From an uncultured Elusimicrobia bacterium (GTDB lineage Bacteria > Elusimicrobiota > Elusimicrobia > Elusimicrobiales > UBA9959): 64,000 nt of DNA. The first letter of the stretch is position 1, and every line of letters starts with the position of its first letter. Positions 12,001 to 27,000 of this stretch are shown piece after piece. The notes beneath the pieces were generated by a model. That model was not told the DNA's origin and did not search any database. It worked only from the letters and a program-made list of their open reading frames with translations. The DNA is taken from positions 29,049-93,048 of the forward strand of contig CAIQNV010000064.1 of NCBI GenBank assembly GCA_903873295.1, read 5' to 3'. Both the position numbers and the translations under genes were made by a program.

Positions 12001-15000
12001 GCCGGAGTCTCGGAAGGCACCAGCAGCAGCAGCTTTTGAGCTGAAGCCGGATTCACGATCAAGCCGCTCACTGTGTCGGTGCTGAACCGCGTGCCAAAGG
12101 GCTGGCCGGTATCGGCCACCCGGACGGACAGGCCGGGGGAAAGGTTCCTGGTCACCGGGATCACGCTGAAATTAGTCGCCCCCGCTATCAGGCTCCGGCG
12201 ATAGGGAGTCTCGTGCATGCCCCGCAGCTGTATATTGGCGTCGTTAAGGAAATCAATCTGCACCAGCGGCGTGTTGGAAGAAACCGCCATGAAAGGCGTG
12301 GTTCCCTTCACCACGTTATAGTATTCGTCCACCAGATAGACCGCCATCTGCGCGGTGGAGCCTGCCGTCAGCGCGTCCGGAGCGCCTGACTTACCGCCCG
12401 TTGCAGGATCAGCGTCATAAGGCGGCAGGCCGGGAACAAGCGACTGGCCGGGGGCTATCAGCTGCAGTTTGGCCGGGCGGTTCCACCAGATCGTCGCCGG
12501 GGCCGGAGTATAATACACTGAAGTCGCGGCCGGCAGCGAGGAGCTCTCCGCCTTTATGGTATGGGTCGCGGCCACCACCGGGGTAAAAATAAAGGAAGTG
12601 ACGCCTGCCGCAAGGGTGCCCGGAGACGGGTCGCTGTCATAGGGGTCCGTCGGGATGGAGGCGTAGACTTTGAAGCCGGCCGCGGTGTCGGTGTTATAGT
12701 ACTCGTCCACCCCGTAAACAGCGGCCTGGAAAGTGGCGCCGGCCAGCAGGCCGGAAGGGGTCCCGGTCTTGCCGTAGGGCTGGACGTCCCACTTGCCCTG
12801 CACGCGGGTCTCGCCCGGAAAGAGCGCCAGCAGGCGGTCCGCGGTCTGGGACACCACCGGCACGCTGGTGGACGGGTTGCGCTCGTTGACGTAAAGGCCC
12901 TGCTCCGTGGCTGAAACGGCCCAGCCCGAAGGAGAGGCGGAAACCAAAGTCCTGTAGATGGTGGTCGAACCCACGAAATTGACATAGCCGTCGTGGGAAA
13001 TGTTGTTGTTGTTCAGGTCGGTATCCGTCACATAGACCCGGGCGGCGGAGGAGACCACCAGGTTCCAGTATTTATCGGTAACCTGCAGCAGGAACGGCAC
13101 GCTTGAGCCCGCGGGCTTAACCCGCGGAACACCGGTACTGCCTTCCACGCCCAGCTCGGTGCGGCCCGGGAACGGCAACTGGCCGGAGGGGTCGAAATCG
13201 GCTATTACCTGCACGCGGTCCGCCGCGGCGGGGGTTACGGTCACGCTGCGCGAGCCGAAGATGGCGGAGTTAGAGCGGTCTTCCGCGCGCAGCGCCCGGG
13301 CGCCGGCTTTACGGAGACGCACCGGGAAAGTCTTCACGCCGTAATCACCGGGCAGGAAGGTGTAGCGCGGCGGCAGGCCGTGATAATTATCCGGCACCGG
13401 GTCGGTGTTCATGACCTCGGGGCCGCCGGGGACTCCGTCGACGTAGAAATTGATGGTGCCCTGGTAGGCGCGGGCCGTATTGCCGGTCCCGTTCGCGCCG
13501 TCCCTGGCTTCCACTGTCATATTCGGGTCGGACCCGGCCGTCATCGGATCGGCGTCCACGGTAACAAGGAAACTCTGGGCCGGATCGGCGATATAGAACT
13601 TGGGCCCCTGCTCTATACTCGTCTGCATATTGCCGGCGTTATCCGTCACGCGCACCCAGGAAACGTAGGAGTCGCCGCGCACCCAGCAGGTGTGGGCGGC
13701 CCGCTCGGCGGGGTTGTCGCAAACCAGACCGGTGTACTGCCAGTTGCCGAAGGAATCGGTGAACTGGGCCGTCGTCCAGACGGGGGCCCCGGCGGAAGGC
13801 GTCCAGGTCGAACCGTTCCAGAAATAGCCGGAATCGTCATAGCCGCCGGAGACTACGGGCCCGTTGGAGGCCAGGAAGGGGGCTGTATCCCTGAAAACCA
13901 GGGTTTCTATTTTACCGCGATGCCAGGCCAGGCTGGGATAGACTCCGGAACCGGTGCCGTTTATGCCGCTGGTAAAGCCCGGGTCCGAGGCATTGCCGAG
14001 AATAGCCTGATCGTCTTTGTTGACCGTAGTGTTTTCAGGAAGGACCACGGCCGAATGCGGCTCCTGCTGGTCGAACAGGAAGCGCGACTGCCCGACCGCG
14101 CTCTGCACGTTCCCGATGGAGTCGGTAGCGGAGGACTTGATGATATAATGCCGGCCGGAGGTGAAGGACAGCAGGCCGGGAGCGTAAGTCCAGGAGGACG
14201 TAAAAAGGTCCCCGGGCAGTATCGGCAGCCAGGTCTCCGTCGTGTCCGCAAAAACCGAGCCGTTAAAATACCTGGGGCCTTCCGGCTCGTCCTGGCTGAG
14301 GATGGAGAGCCTCGCGGAGGCCACCGTAGTCACGGCGTCGACCGAAGTGCCGTATATCGCCGGCAGATTGTTGTATGAAGTATCTACGCCGGGCTGCACG
14401 GGCGCCGAAAGCGGCGGCACGTTGTCGAACACAAAGGTGCGGGTGCTGAACAAAGTCTCGTTATTGGTGGCGGCGTCGACGGCCTTCGTCACGAGATAAA
14501 AAGTCTTGCCGTTGCCGCCGTCGTGCGTACCCTCTTTCCAGGCATAGTTCCCGGCGCCGGGATTGGCAAAATCGGAGTTGGTGTAGCTCCACGGGTTGGT
14601 CGTATCCTTGCCCCCGGGCCCGTTAGCTATCGGCCACCAGCCGGTATCCGAAGCCGACCAGTGCGGGGTTATAGGCTGCCAGTAATAGGTGCTGGCGCCG
14701 GACAGATACCACATCCTTATCTGCACGTTGCTTATAGCCGAGGTCAGGTCGTACGAGGTGCCGGCTATAGCCGTCATGGAGGAATACAGCGCGCCGTTCG
14801 CCGGCGGATATGTTATCCGCGAGGAAGGCGCCACATCGTCGAAACTAAAAGTGGAGGACGCCACCGAGTAGTTCCCGGCGCGGTCCGTGACCTTAGCCTC
14901 CACGCGCAGTTCATTGTCGCGGTTAGGCCACGCGAGCGAGGAGGAATCGTAGCGCCAGTTAAAACTGCCGCCGGCGGCGGCGGAGTCCAGCGCCACGTTC

Positions 15001-18000
15001 CAGATCTCCGGGAAGGACGAACAGCCGTCGGTAAAACCCACCCAGCCCGGCAGCGCGACCCCGCCGCAGGAGCCGCTTCCCTCCATCCAGTACTTTCCTG
15101 TCCCGGCGTCATAGACGCGTATCCGCGGGAAATCGACATTAAACGCATCGGCGGCGGTACCGGAAACCAGCGGCAGCGAGATCTTCCGAGAGCCGTTGAG
15201 CGGCAGCGACACGTAAGCGGTGGGACTCGAAACGTCGAAAGTGAAAGAGTTGCCGGCCAGGTACACGGTCTGCGTGTTAGCGGCTATGTCGTAGGAGCGG
15301 GTCTGCACGGTATAAGACAATCCGTCCTGCAGGCCGGTCAGGTTATCCGAAGGCGGCAGCTGCGTATTTTTGGTCCAGGAGCTGCCTGGCACTCCCGTGA
15401 GCCAGAACACCGGCAAGGCCCAGGTGGCGCCGTTCCAATAATTGCCGTCCGGGCGCTGTATCTTTATCTGGGAGCCCGCGACTCCGGACGGGTTGGAATA
15501 CAGATCCTGCGCGGTGCCGGTAACGGAGACCAGCTCCTTAAGAAAGCTGCCGTCGGCAGGGGTAACAGGTCTTGAGACCGGCGGGGTTATGTCGTACCGT
15601 ATCACGACCGCCCCCCCCAGCGGCATAACCATGCCGGACAGGTCTTCGGCGACAACCTGCAGGTCGTAATTCTTATTGTCGGTCAGCGGAGGCGCCGCGG
15701 CCGACCAGGTATAATTGGGGCCCGAGCCGAAGACCGCGGCGGTTATCCACTTCTGCGCGGTCGAGTTGAAGGTGGCTATCGGGACCGCGTACGGGTCATA
15801 GTAAAGTCCGGAGTCCGACTCGCGCACTGAAACCGAGGTAGATTTTATGCCGAAACTTTCGTAAGCGGTGCCGGAAACGGAGGCGAGCGCCCTCAGATTG
15901 CCCCTCGGGTCCGGCAAGCCTGTCGGGTAGGTTATGACGGCGGCCGGGGCCGTAACGTCATAGATGAAAGTAATAGAAGAGATGTCCACTTCCGTATTGC
16001 CGCCGGGTATCGCGTTGTCTACGGCCCTCACGCGCACCCGGTAGGAGTAGCCGTCCTGGAGCGGAGGCGCGCTAAAGCTCCAGGCGCCGCCGGAGTAGGT
16101 TCCGTTCAGGGCGGGCGACAGCGGATAGAAGGTCTCGGAAACGGCGGTAAAAGTTCCGGACACTACGCCGTTCCACCAGCCGGCGCCCGGAGAAACTTCC
16201 TGCATGCTTACGGCTATCTGTCCCATCGCGGCTATGCCGCTGTTCGCGTCCGCCGCCGTGCCGGTGATGGTTACAAGCTCTTTTATATGGGCGGTATTAA
16301 GCGGGAAAGTCACCCGCGACACCGGCTCCAGCCTGTCCGCGGTAAAGGTCACGGAATCCTTTCCCAGCGTGAAGAAGGAGTCCAGGCCGTCGGAGGAAGG
16401 GCCGGTATTGGCCGGCGTAGACTTGTCGGAGCCCCTGTATTGCACCAGGTAGTTCCGGCCGGTATACAGCGCCCCGTTCAGGGAGGAGTGAGCGAGGGTC
16501 CACAGCTCCGGGCTGCCGCCGGTGCAGCCGAACCAGGCGTAGTTGCCGTCGGCCACATCGACAAAGATGCCGCCGGTATTGTCCCACCATTTGCCGGTCT
16601 CCTTTTCAAGTATGCGCAGCTGCGCGCCGCCCGCGCCTAACGACGCCAGGCCCGCGGCGCCGCCGGAAGGGCCGTCGAAGCCCGAACCGGACAGCGGGTT
16701 TATCTGCCGCTGGTAAGGTCCGGGCGGGAGGCCGGCCAGCGCCGTCACCGCCCCGGTGGGTTTACCTACGTCGTAAGTGATGGTCCGGGTAGAATATAGG
16801 GAGCTGTAGTTGCCGGCCTTGTCCAGGGCGCGCGCGCTTATCTCATAGGTGCTGCCGCTCAGCAGGATCACGCCGGTCGGCTTTCCCGGCGGCGTGCCGG
16901 TGACGAACCACCTGGAGTAGGGAACTGTTTCCGTGGCGGACACCACGAACCACGAATTGGATTCGGTCTCCGCGTAGCTGTTGGAGCCCCAGCTCCAATA
17001 GTAGTTGTTGCCGGCATTCTTGACGCGGGCCTGCACTTCCCGTATCTCGCCCAGCGCGTTGGAATCCGCCGAAGTGCCCCGGATGAACGGCAGGGTGCCC
17101 AGGTAGGTCAGCAGGCCCGAAGGTTCGGTGACCAGCACGTCCGGGACCTGTGTGTCGTAAATAAAATCCTGGGTGACGATCGTCGAGGTGTTGCGCGCCA
17201 CGTCCATAGCCCGCGCTTCGATGTGATATTTGGTGTTGGTAGCCCAGGTGGGCGTGGAGGCCCCGCTCAGGAACCAGTTGGGCCAGGGGGACGAGGTGTT
17301 CGCCGTCCACACCAGGTCGTCGGAGGTGAAAGAGGCGCCGTTCCACCACTGCGCTGTAGGAAGCTGGGGATCCTTCTGTATGGCAACCTCCACCTTGAGC
17401 ATGTCGGACTTATTCGCCCCCCCCCCCGGAGCGTCGGCGGCCGTGCCGGCCAGCTGCGCCAGGCTGTTATAGAAACCCGCCGCGCCGGGCGCCGTCAGCA
17501 CGGAGACGGGTTTGGAGGAATCGTAGTAGAAATCGGAGGTGATAATTGGGCTCGTAGTACCCGCCATGTCGAAGGCGCGGGCATAAAGGCGGTACCGATA
17601 GCCGTCCTTTAACGCCGGAGGCGTGTAGCTCCAGCTTGTACCGCCAGCGTACTGCCAGCTGCTCACGTTCACTATCCACCCTGTGGTATGCCAGTAGGAG
17701 TTGGACGCCCATTCGTAAAGCTGGACCTCCGCGCGGTTAATGCCGAACAGGTCGGAAGCGATGCCGTCCATCTGGTCCAGGTAGTACGCGGCCGAGGACA
17801 CGTTGGCGCCGTAGTAGCGCTCCCCGACGGGCCGCGCCACAAGAACTACCGGGGGCGTGATGTCGTAGACGAAAGTCACAGTGGAATAGACGGGAGACCA
17901 GTTGTTCGCCTGGTCCTGCGCCCTGGCCGTTACCTGATAGGTAGTATTGGTAATAAGGCCGGAGAGCGTCGTCCAGGACCAGGTGCTGGACCAGATCATA

Positions 18001-21000
18001 TTGGCCTGGTTATTTGAACTTACCGGCTGCCAGACGCCGCCCGTGAACTTATAAACGTTCAGCCGCACGTCTTTGAGGCCGGCCAGGTCCGCGTTGGCGG
18101 TGCCAGAGATAGCCGGGATGGTATTAAGTCTGGCGGCCTCCGACGGAGCGCTTATCCCGAGAGAAGGCGGCGTAGTATCAAAGACCACGTCATAGACGGC
18201 TGAAATATTGGCGCTCAGGTCAGCCGGGTTGGGCACGGGAACGGCGTTATCCTGCGCGCGGACCTTTATAGTATAGGCCCTGTCCGAGATCATCGCGGCG
18301 CCCAGCCCGACCCGAGCGTAGGTCCAGGTTCCGGAGGAGAGCCCCTGAGGCGCCCAGGAGGTAGCCGGCCACCAGGCATTGACCTCGGCCAGCCCGGAGG
18401 AGAAGGTGTCGAAATTGTCGTAATAATAAGTCACGCCGGCCAGCAGGTAAAAGAGCTGCACCTGCGTGTTATTTACGCCGGCTATGCCCGAGTTGGTCAG
18501 CCAATTAGGATCGCTCGCGGTACCGGAAACGGACGCCAGAACCGCCACCCTGGTACTGGTTTGCACGGAGGTTATTACGGCCGCGGGAGCCGCCAGGTCC
18601 ACGGTGAAAGTCACGGAAGAGAAGTTGCCGGCGAAGTTGGTCTGCACGTTGCCGGCCTTGTCGGTGGCCTCGGCCCAGAGCGTATAGGAGCCGCCGTCGG
18701 CCCAGACGGGCAGGTTGGAGTAAGACCAGGAGGATTGGAACACGGAGGCGGGCCAGACTACGGGGGCCACCTGCCAGCTTGAGACATTGTCCCAATACAG
18801 CCCGCCGATGGTGTTATACCGGATCCCGGCCTTCACGCCCTGTATCTGCAGGCCGGGCTGGTAGCCGCTGTCGTTGGCCAGAACGGCTTCCTCAGTAAGC
18901 GTGCCGCTGGCCACGCTGATCCCGGAGCGGCGCTGCCCGGCGGTCACGGCCGTGACCGCCGCGGTCGGCGCCGTGACGTCGAAACTGAACAGCAGGTTAA
19001 GGTCGGAAAAATCGGACTCGGTGCCTTCGAAAGCGCCGTCTCTGTAGGTGTTGTCCAGGGACTTGGCGCGCACGCGGTACTGCGCGCCGTTAGAATACGC
19101 GGCCGTCGGGTAGGAAACCACGTATTCCCAGGAGGAAGCCGCCAGATAATAAGTTCCCTCGTTTCCGGGCTGGTTCCAGCTCACAGTGAAAGTAGAGGTC
19201 GCATTGTCCCAGAACTTGCCCTCATGGGGGCCGTTAACGGCGTAGATCTCGGCCCAGACTTTGCTGATGCCCGAGGCAGGGGGTTTAATACCGGGGGGGT
19301 CCTGCGCCGTGCCGCCCAGTCTGGGCAGCGACTTGTAATACAGCTGGGAAGACGAAGGCAGCTGCACCAGGGCCGAAGGCTTGTCGGTATCGAAGTAGAT
19401 CCGGTTGTCCACCAGGCCCGTCTCGTATACGTCCGACTTGCTAAGGCCCGCCGAGGTGAAGGTATAGGAGGAGCCGCTGACCAGCGCCGGCAGAGAGTCC
19501 TGGCTCCAGGCCCCGGCCACCGGGGTTATGGAAACGCTGGAGATAGCGGCCTGCCAGGAAACCGCGGAGAAATTCCAGTAATAACTGTCGCTGAGCCGCC
19601 TGAGCTGCAGATCAAGAAGCTTGGTATCGTCGTTGGCCGTGCCGCTTACCCGCGTAAGCCCTTTGTAATACCTGTTGTTCGCCGGCACGTTTATGCCCGT
19701 AACAGCCGGGCGCGGCATATACCTGAAGCGGCGCGAGCCCCAGGAGGCCTCGCCGTTGGCCACATTATCGGAAGCGCTGGACCTTATGATGTAGTAGCAG
19801 TAGGCGCTGAACACCAAGCCCGAGGCGTCGAAGTTCCAGGAGCTGGTCGCGATATTGTAAGAATTAACTCCCAGCCAGCGCTCGCCGGACTGCCAGCCGG
19901 AGCCGCTCCAGTAAAAGCCGTTCTTCGCCGAGTCGGCGCAGGAGGGATCCTGCGTGGCGTTGACATCCTGCTGTATGCGTATCTGCACGCTGGAAATGCC
20001 GGAGGTATAATCCGCGGCGGTGCCGGTGATGCTGCTGACCACCAGATAGGGGCCGTTCTCCGTCGGCGGAGAGGTAACATTTGAAACCGGGTTCAGCAGG
20101 TCGAGCGTGAAGGTGGACTGGTTTAAATTGAAATCGGCGTAGTTGCCGGCTTTATCCAGCGCTTTAATTTTGAGAACAAAGACCGCGGTGGACCTCCCCA
20201 CGGACCAGGATCTTGAATCGGCGCCGTTGTTAGGCAGTGAAGACGCCGCCACGGTCCAGTCGGCGGAAACTGTTATGGCCCCGGAACTATACGTCGTCTG
20301 CCAGGCAGAGGAACCGAAGTTCCAGTACCGGTTCGGTTTCAGGTCCGTATCAGAAAGTTCAACCCAAATGTTTTTTAATTCGCTCGGTGTACCGCCGCCC
20401 CCCACGGGGTCCGCCACGGTGCCGCTGAGCGAAGAGAGCGTGCGCAGGTATGTCAGAGCGGCCGGCTGCTGTATGACCGCCGCGGGCGTGCTGAAGTCAA
20501 CCAGGAAAGTGGAGGTAGCGAAGAGCACCTCAGTGTTGGGGCCGCCATTTACGGCCTGGGTATTGTCGCGGGCCTGGGACTGTATTTCATAAAGGTAGCC
20601 ATCCGCGCCGGTGAAAACCGTCGCGGGCAAAGTCTCGGTGGTCCAAGGGCTTACGAATATGGGCGCTTTCACGTAAGCGAACTGCCAGTCGCCCTCCACG
20701 CTGGTCCAGTTATTGTTCAGCGTGCTGTAGTAGAAGCGGGCGCCCAGCGAGTTAAGGCGCGAGAAGCGCACTTTCACCCAACTGAGGCCCGAAGGCACGC
20801 CCGAGCTGTTGTCCGAAGCGGTGCCGCCTATATAGGTTACGGGGGCGTTAAGATAGGCGCCGGAAGACGGGAAGGTCACCTTCGAATACGGAACCACGGG
20901 GTCCAGCGTGAAGGTGCTATCCGGATTAACCGGAGCTGAGATGCCGGAGCGGGACTGGTTGCCCACCGAATCTTTTGCCCGGATATAAAGCCTGAACTGA

Positions 21001-24000
21001 TAAGAAGCGTTGGAGGCTTTAATAGTATTAAAGTAGGAGTTGAGATTGGCGTCCGTCAGGCTCCAGGCGCCGGCGCCGAACGAAGCGTTCCGCCAGTGTG
21101 AGGCCGCCAAAAAATCCGTATCCCAATCCGTGCCGTTCCAGTAGTTCAGATCGGCGACGCGCTGTATCACCAGCTGGACGCCGTCCGCCGGGTTAAGGCC
21201 GCTGAACTGCTCCAGCACCGTGCCCGAAATAACCGGCAGCGCGGTATAGGCGAGATTATTGCCCGGCATAACGATGGTGGCCGTGGGCGCGGAGGTGTCG
21301 TAGCAGAAAGACTTCTCCTGGTAGAACCCCGTATTAAGCGAGCGGTCCAGCGAGCGCGCCCTGACCGTATAAGTGCTGCCCTCTACCAGCGGCGAGACGG
21401 GCGGCCAGACATCCGGGGCGCGCGGATAAGACCAGTTGGCCCCGGCAACTATGCTCGTGCTGAGCACGGGGTCTATGAAATAGGAAACAGGGGTAAAGAC
21501 GGTCTTGCGCCAGAATGTGCCGCTGGCGAACCCTGTGCCGTTGAAGACGAGGCCGGCGGTGTCGACTATCTGCACCTCGACGCCGTCCACGGCGAGACCG
21601 CTTATAGCCTCGGTAGCGCCGTAGGCCGCCCAGTCCAGGGCCGTACCGGAGAGAGACGCTATCTGCGCCGCGTTGTGGAAAGCGGCCGACGGGACAGTAA
21701 TGGTAGCGGACGGCTTGTTGACGTCGTAGATAAATTCGCGCACAAAGGCCTCGTCCGGCACCTGGTTGCCGGCGGAATCGACGGCCTTCATCTGCACCCT
21801 GAAGCGCTTATTCTCCGGCCAGGCCGGCGGCGTATAGGACCAGGTGTCGGTTCCTGAAACACCCAGCCAGGTCGAGGCGAGAACCGTCCAGGCGGAGCCG
21901 TCCCACTTGGGCTTTATCTCGCCCTCCTCCGAGAGGTTGGAGAGCTGCGTCCTTATCGGCGGCACTATCTGGGCCGGATTGTCGGCCGAGGTGCCCAGCA
22001 GCTGGCCGGTGGGCCTGTTGGGCCCGTAGAAGGCGTTCACCGTCGGCATGGGCGTGGAGATAGTAATAACGGGATAGTTGAAGTCGGAAGTAATGGTTAT
22101 GGCCGCCGGCGTCTCCTGATTGCCGGCTTTATCAAGGCCGGCTATGGAAAGGGTGTAGACATGATTGTCGATGGAGATGGCGGGCGGGTCATAGCTGACC
22201 GGCGGGTAGCTCCAGGTTATAGTGGAGGCCGAAGCGGTGTAGGTTACCGGCAGGTCCGTCACCGTGTTCGAGCTCCAGCCCAGCGCCGCGGTGCCGCGCC
22301 AGTAGTAAGTGTCCGCCGACACCACGTGGGAGATCCTCAGCTTGAGCCCGGACGAGGCCGCAAGGCCCGAGAGCCCGCCGTAGCTGGTGCCGGAAATTTC
22401 GGCCAGGCTGTTCTGTATGACGCTGTTCGCCGTGGGCGTGGAGACGCGGGAAACCGGCGGCGTGCCGTCCACGGTGAAATTCACTACCGTCCACGCAGAC
22501 TCGTTGCCGCCATGGACGCCCAGCGGGCCGGCCTTGTCGAAGGCGCGCGCCCGCAGCGTGTAGAGCTTGTCGGAAACCCAGTCGCCGGCGCTTAATGCCG
22601 TGTATTTCCAGGTGGAGGAAGAGCTGGCGTCCTTCCAGGCCGAGTCCTGAATTGCATCCCCTTCGGCTGCGGCGCCCGTAAAGGCCAGGCCGCTCCAGTA
22701 ATAAGTGACGCCGCCGCTCAGGTAGGACAGGTTTATCTGCGTCGTGCTCAACTGCATCCCGACAAAAGGCAAAGAAGCGTCGGAAGCCGTGCCGTTTAGC
22801 GCGTTCCCGGCGGCGAGCGCCGACGGCTTGTAGTTCCCGCCGGCGGCAGGCAGCGTCACGAAGGCTTGCGGCGGCGTAGTGTCCCAGATAAATGTTATGG
22901 AGGAGACGCCGGCCGCGAACTGGGCGTGGTTGTTGCCGGCATTATCCACCGCGCGGGAATTCAGTATATAGTACCTGCCGGACTGCAGCTTCGAAGCCGA
23001 CAAGGTGTGCGGATAGGTCCAGGTCTCCGTGCCGGCGACTATGTTAAAGCTGGAAATTCCGTTGACGAAATTCCCCTGTCCTTCATGCCAATACGCCCCG
23101 GTTGTCTGGTCGAACAGCTGTACTTCCACGCGCGCAAGGCCCGACTTCAGGGAGGGCGAGTTGGTGCCCGCCGGATCGGCGGCCGTGCCGGCGATGGCCG
23201 GCGTCGAGTTCAGTATCGCGAACGGCGCCGGAAGGCTGAAGCCGGAGCTTGGAGGCGTAGTGTCGTAGATCACCTGGTAGCCCGGACCGTTCAGCGCATT
23301 GTCGTCGTAGTTCCCGGCTTTGTCCCAGGGCTGGGTGAAAATAGTATAGGATTTGCCGTCCGACAGGGCGGGGGTGACGGCCGTGGCGGTGCTCCAGTTC
23401 AGCGTCCCGGAGGCAAGAATGCTGCTGGAGGACATTAAGGTGTCGAAGGTGAGGCCGTTCCAGTACCGGTTCAGGGCGTCGTCTTTTACATAGATAAGCA
23501 CCCGGCTCATGCCCTCCCGGTAGGCTACAGGCAATTCTTCGCGGCCCGGATCGTAAGCCGTGCCGCTTATGGAGGCCATGGTATTTACGTAGAGCTTGCC
23601 GGGCAACAGCACCGCGCTCAGCGGCTTAGTATTATCCACTATCACGGTGCGGTTGGTAAGAGGGCTTTGCATCACGTCGTCGGAGCTGAAGCCGGCCGTT
23701 GTGAAAGAATAAGAAGAGTTGTCCGTAATGAAGGCCTCGGCGCTGCTGAAGGTCACCGCCCAGGTCCCGGCGCCTCCTCCCGCGACGTTGGTATAAGTGT
23801 AGGTGTCCGCGGCCACCCAGGCCTTGCCCGGCTCGTACCACCAGGAGGCGGGCTCCTTGAGGCGTTTCAGCCGCACCTGTATGTTGTTGGCGGTGCGCAG
23901 GTTAGAACCGCTGCCGGAAAGGTTTTTAAGCGCCGAGCTCTGGTAGTTGCCCATTTCAGTGTTCGGGACGTATATGCTGGTATAGGCGGCCGGCGTCACG

Positions 24001-27000
24001 AGAGTGAAGGTTATGTCGGGGTAATCAGCTCCGGGATAAGGGCGCATATTGCCCGCCTTGTCCACGGCCAGCGCCTGCAGCTCATAGCTGCCGCCATTGT
24101 CCCAGCTAAGCGCCGAGGTATCCCAGCTCCAGGTACCGGGCTGGCCGCGCACGTCGCTGATCGCGGCGGTCGAGAACCAGAGGCGGTCTCCGGGGTATAC
24201 GGCGCCGGGGCACGACACCCAGGCGGGCAGGCTGTTATCGTAACAGAGCTGCGGCTCGTTCACTTTTTTCAGGGCTACCAGGACCACGCCGGAGTTGAGC
24301 AGTTCGCCGGGGAGGGTGTCGCCGGCGGTGCCGGAAATACTATTTACCGCGGAGACCTGGCCCGCGGGCGAGACGGCGCGGGAATCCGGAGCGGTGTCGT
24401 CGCGGGCGAAGTAGTTGGTGGTATAAGAGACCTGCAGGTTAGCCGCTATGTCCCGGGCCCTGCTTACGGCGTAATAGGTAGTGTTGTTCGTTATCGCCCC
24501 GGCCGGCAGAGAGTAAGACCAGGTGCCGGAAGAGACGCCGGAGAACGCGGCCGCCTGCCACAGGCGCGCGGCGTTCCAGCCGCCGGCGCCGTCCCACCAT
24601 TTACCGTCGGTAAGGCGCTGCAGAGAAACTTCCACCCCGCCGGCCGCTATCCCGGACTTATAATCGCGCGGCGCGGGCCAGACTACGGAGTCGTCCGCGG
24701 TGCCGCTTATCGCCAGCACCGGGCCCTTGATAAAGACGCCGTGGGCCGGGGCAGCGACTTTAGCTGTCGGCGTGGTCAGGTCCACGATGAACGTAAAAGT
24801 GGAGAAATAAGCCTTGTCCGCGTTGTTCAGGGCGTTGTCTATGGCCAGGCTGTAGATCTTGTACTCGTAGCCGTCTTCCTGGGACTGCGAGACAGGAAGG
24901 ATGGCCCGCGACCAGGGACTGACGAAATCCGCCAGGAAGTCCTCGCCCGCGAGCGCGGTCCAGCTCTTATTCGTAAAATGCCAGTATTTATCGTCGGAGC
25001 GGCGCAGGCGCAGGCGCACCTGGCTTACCCCGCCGGGCTCCAGGCCGGGGTCAGAGGAGGTTCCTACTATCAGGCCGGTGGCCGCGTTAACGGCGTAGCG
25101 GTCAGGCGCGGTAATGCCGGTCACCGGCGGCGCGGTATCGAACACAAAATAATAGGCGGCGGAACTATCCGCGTTTTGGTTCTGGTCTATCTGAGCGTTG
25201 GAAGGAGCGGCCTGCCAGTTCCCCGCCTCGTCGTAGCCCCGCGCCCAGACCGAGATCTTGGAGCCGTCCAGGGGCGAGAGCGGCGGCAGGACCAGGGACC
25301 AGGCGCCGTTAGAATAAACTGCGCTGCGCCATTGCCCGTATTTAGAAGGGCTGCCGCCGTCCCAGTCGGCGCTGGTGCCGGTCGCCCCGCCGTTCCAGGT
25401 GGCGTTCCACGTTCCGCGCGCTTTCACCAGCACCCGCACCCCGACTATAACGCCGGTGTCGGTCACCACGCCGTAAAGAGCCGTTACGCTGTTCCGGGCA
25501 GAAAGATTAACGGGAGCCGTGGTAACGGCCACCGGCAGTGAATTGTCATAGCGGACCGTCCTGCCCACGCCTGAAGGAATATCGGCGGAAGCCGGGTCCG
25601 CACCGCCGGGGCCGAACTCCCGGTTCCGGGCCAGGTCATAGGCCCAGGAGACTATCATGTAGTCGTTGCTCCCCCCCACTGACAAAGCGGTCTGCAGGGC
25701 GGCCGGCAGCGCGTAAGACCAGCCGCCATAGCCGGTGTCGGAGGTATCCACCGAAACCTCGTACCACTTGGGGTCGGCGCTGCTGAAGGCGTTGACGTTC
25801 CACCAGTTCGGCACTCCGGTCAGGCGCTGCAGCGCCACTTTAACGGTATAGGTTCCCAGGCCCGCCCTGTACTGGTCAGTGCCGTCGTCCGCTATGCCCG
25901 AGATCCGGATGAAGCCGGTGGTATAGCCGGACAGCGGGGAGGTGATAGCGGAGGTGGGCTTGTTCACGTCATACTTGGTGGTAACGGAGGACACAGCTGA
26001 ATAATTGCCGGCCTCGTCGAGCGCCCGCGCCTCGTATTTATACTCGCGGTTGCCCAGGAAAGAGAGCCCGGGGTTAGCGTAGGACCAGCTGGCGGTCGTG
26101 CCCTGCGCGGCCAGCCAGACGGAGTCGGAGCAGGCTGCGAAAGCCGTTCCGTTGAAGCATCTAAGACCGTCGGCCGCGGAAATTTCGCTGACCGCTACGG
26201 CCACCGTGCTGACCCCCGTATGAGCCGAGACCTGGTTAGGCGAGGAAGTGCCGGCCGCCGGAGTTGAAAGCAGCAGCTGCGAATAGGCCCGGCCGTCCAG
26301 GGGATACACAATGGAGACCAGCGGGCCGGTAATGTCATAGGTCACAGTATAAGTCGAATACAGCGCCGAGTAATTGCCGGCATAGTCCAGCGCGCGCGCC
26401 ACCGCGGTGTATTCGGCGTCGTCCCGCAGCATGGCGGAAGGGATGGTGTAATACCACGAGGCGGGGCCGAGCGGAGCGACGTTTATCCAATACTCGCCCG
26501 GCTGCCAGGAGGAAGACGCGCCGTTCCAATAGCGCTGCGCGGCTCCGGAACCGGTGGAAATTTTAATTTCCGCCCTGCTGAAGCCGGAGCCGGAGTCGAA
26601 GGCGGTGCCGCCGATGCCCGGCAGAGCGCGCACGACGCTTGCCGAGGGCGTGGTGACAAGCACTAAAGGCGGGGTATCGTCCACAATAAAGTACCTGACG
26701 TTAACCCCCCGCGTCTGCGGATCCTCCAAGTTGCCCTCCCCGGTGTCGTCGGCCAGACGGGCGTCGTCCATGCCCCGGCTCTCGAGCTTGTATTCCATGT
26801 CTCCCGCCGGCCAGCTTATGTCGTTAGGATAAGTCCAATCGTAGGCCGGCGGGTTCGCGGTGATGGACGTTGTTTTCCAGGAGTTCGCCAGAGCCACGGG
26901 GCCGAAGCTGAAGCCCGGAGACTGCCAGTACCAGGTGTCGTTATTGAGGAGATAAGAGAGCCTGATCTCCACTCTGGCCACCGTAGAGTTGTTCAGATCG

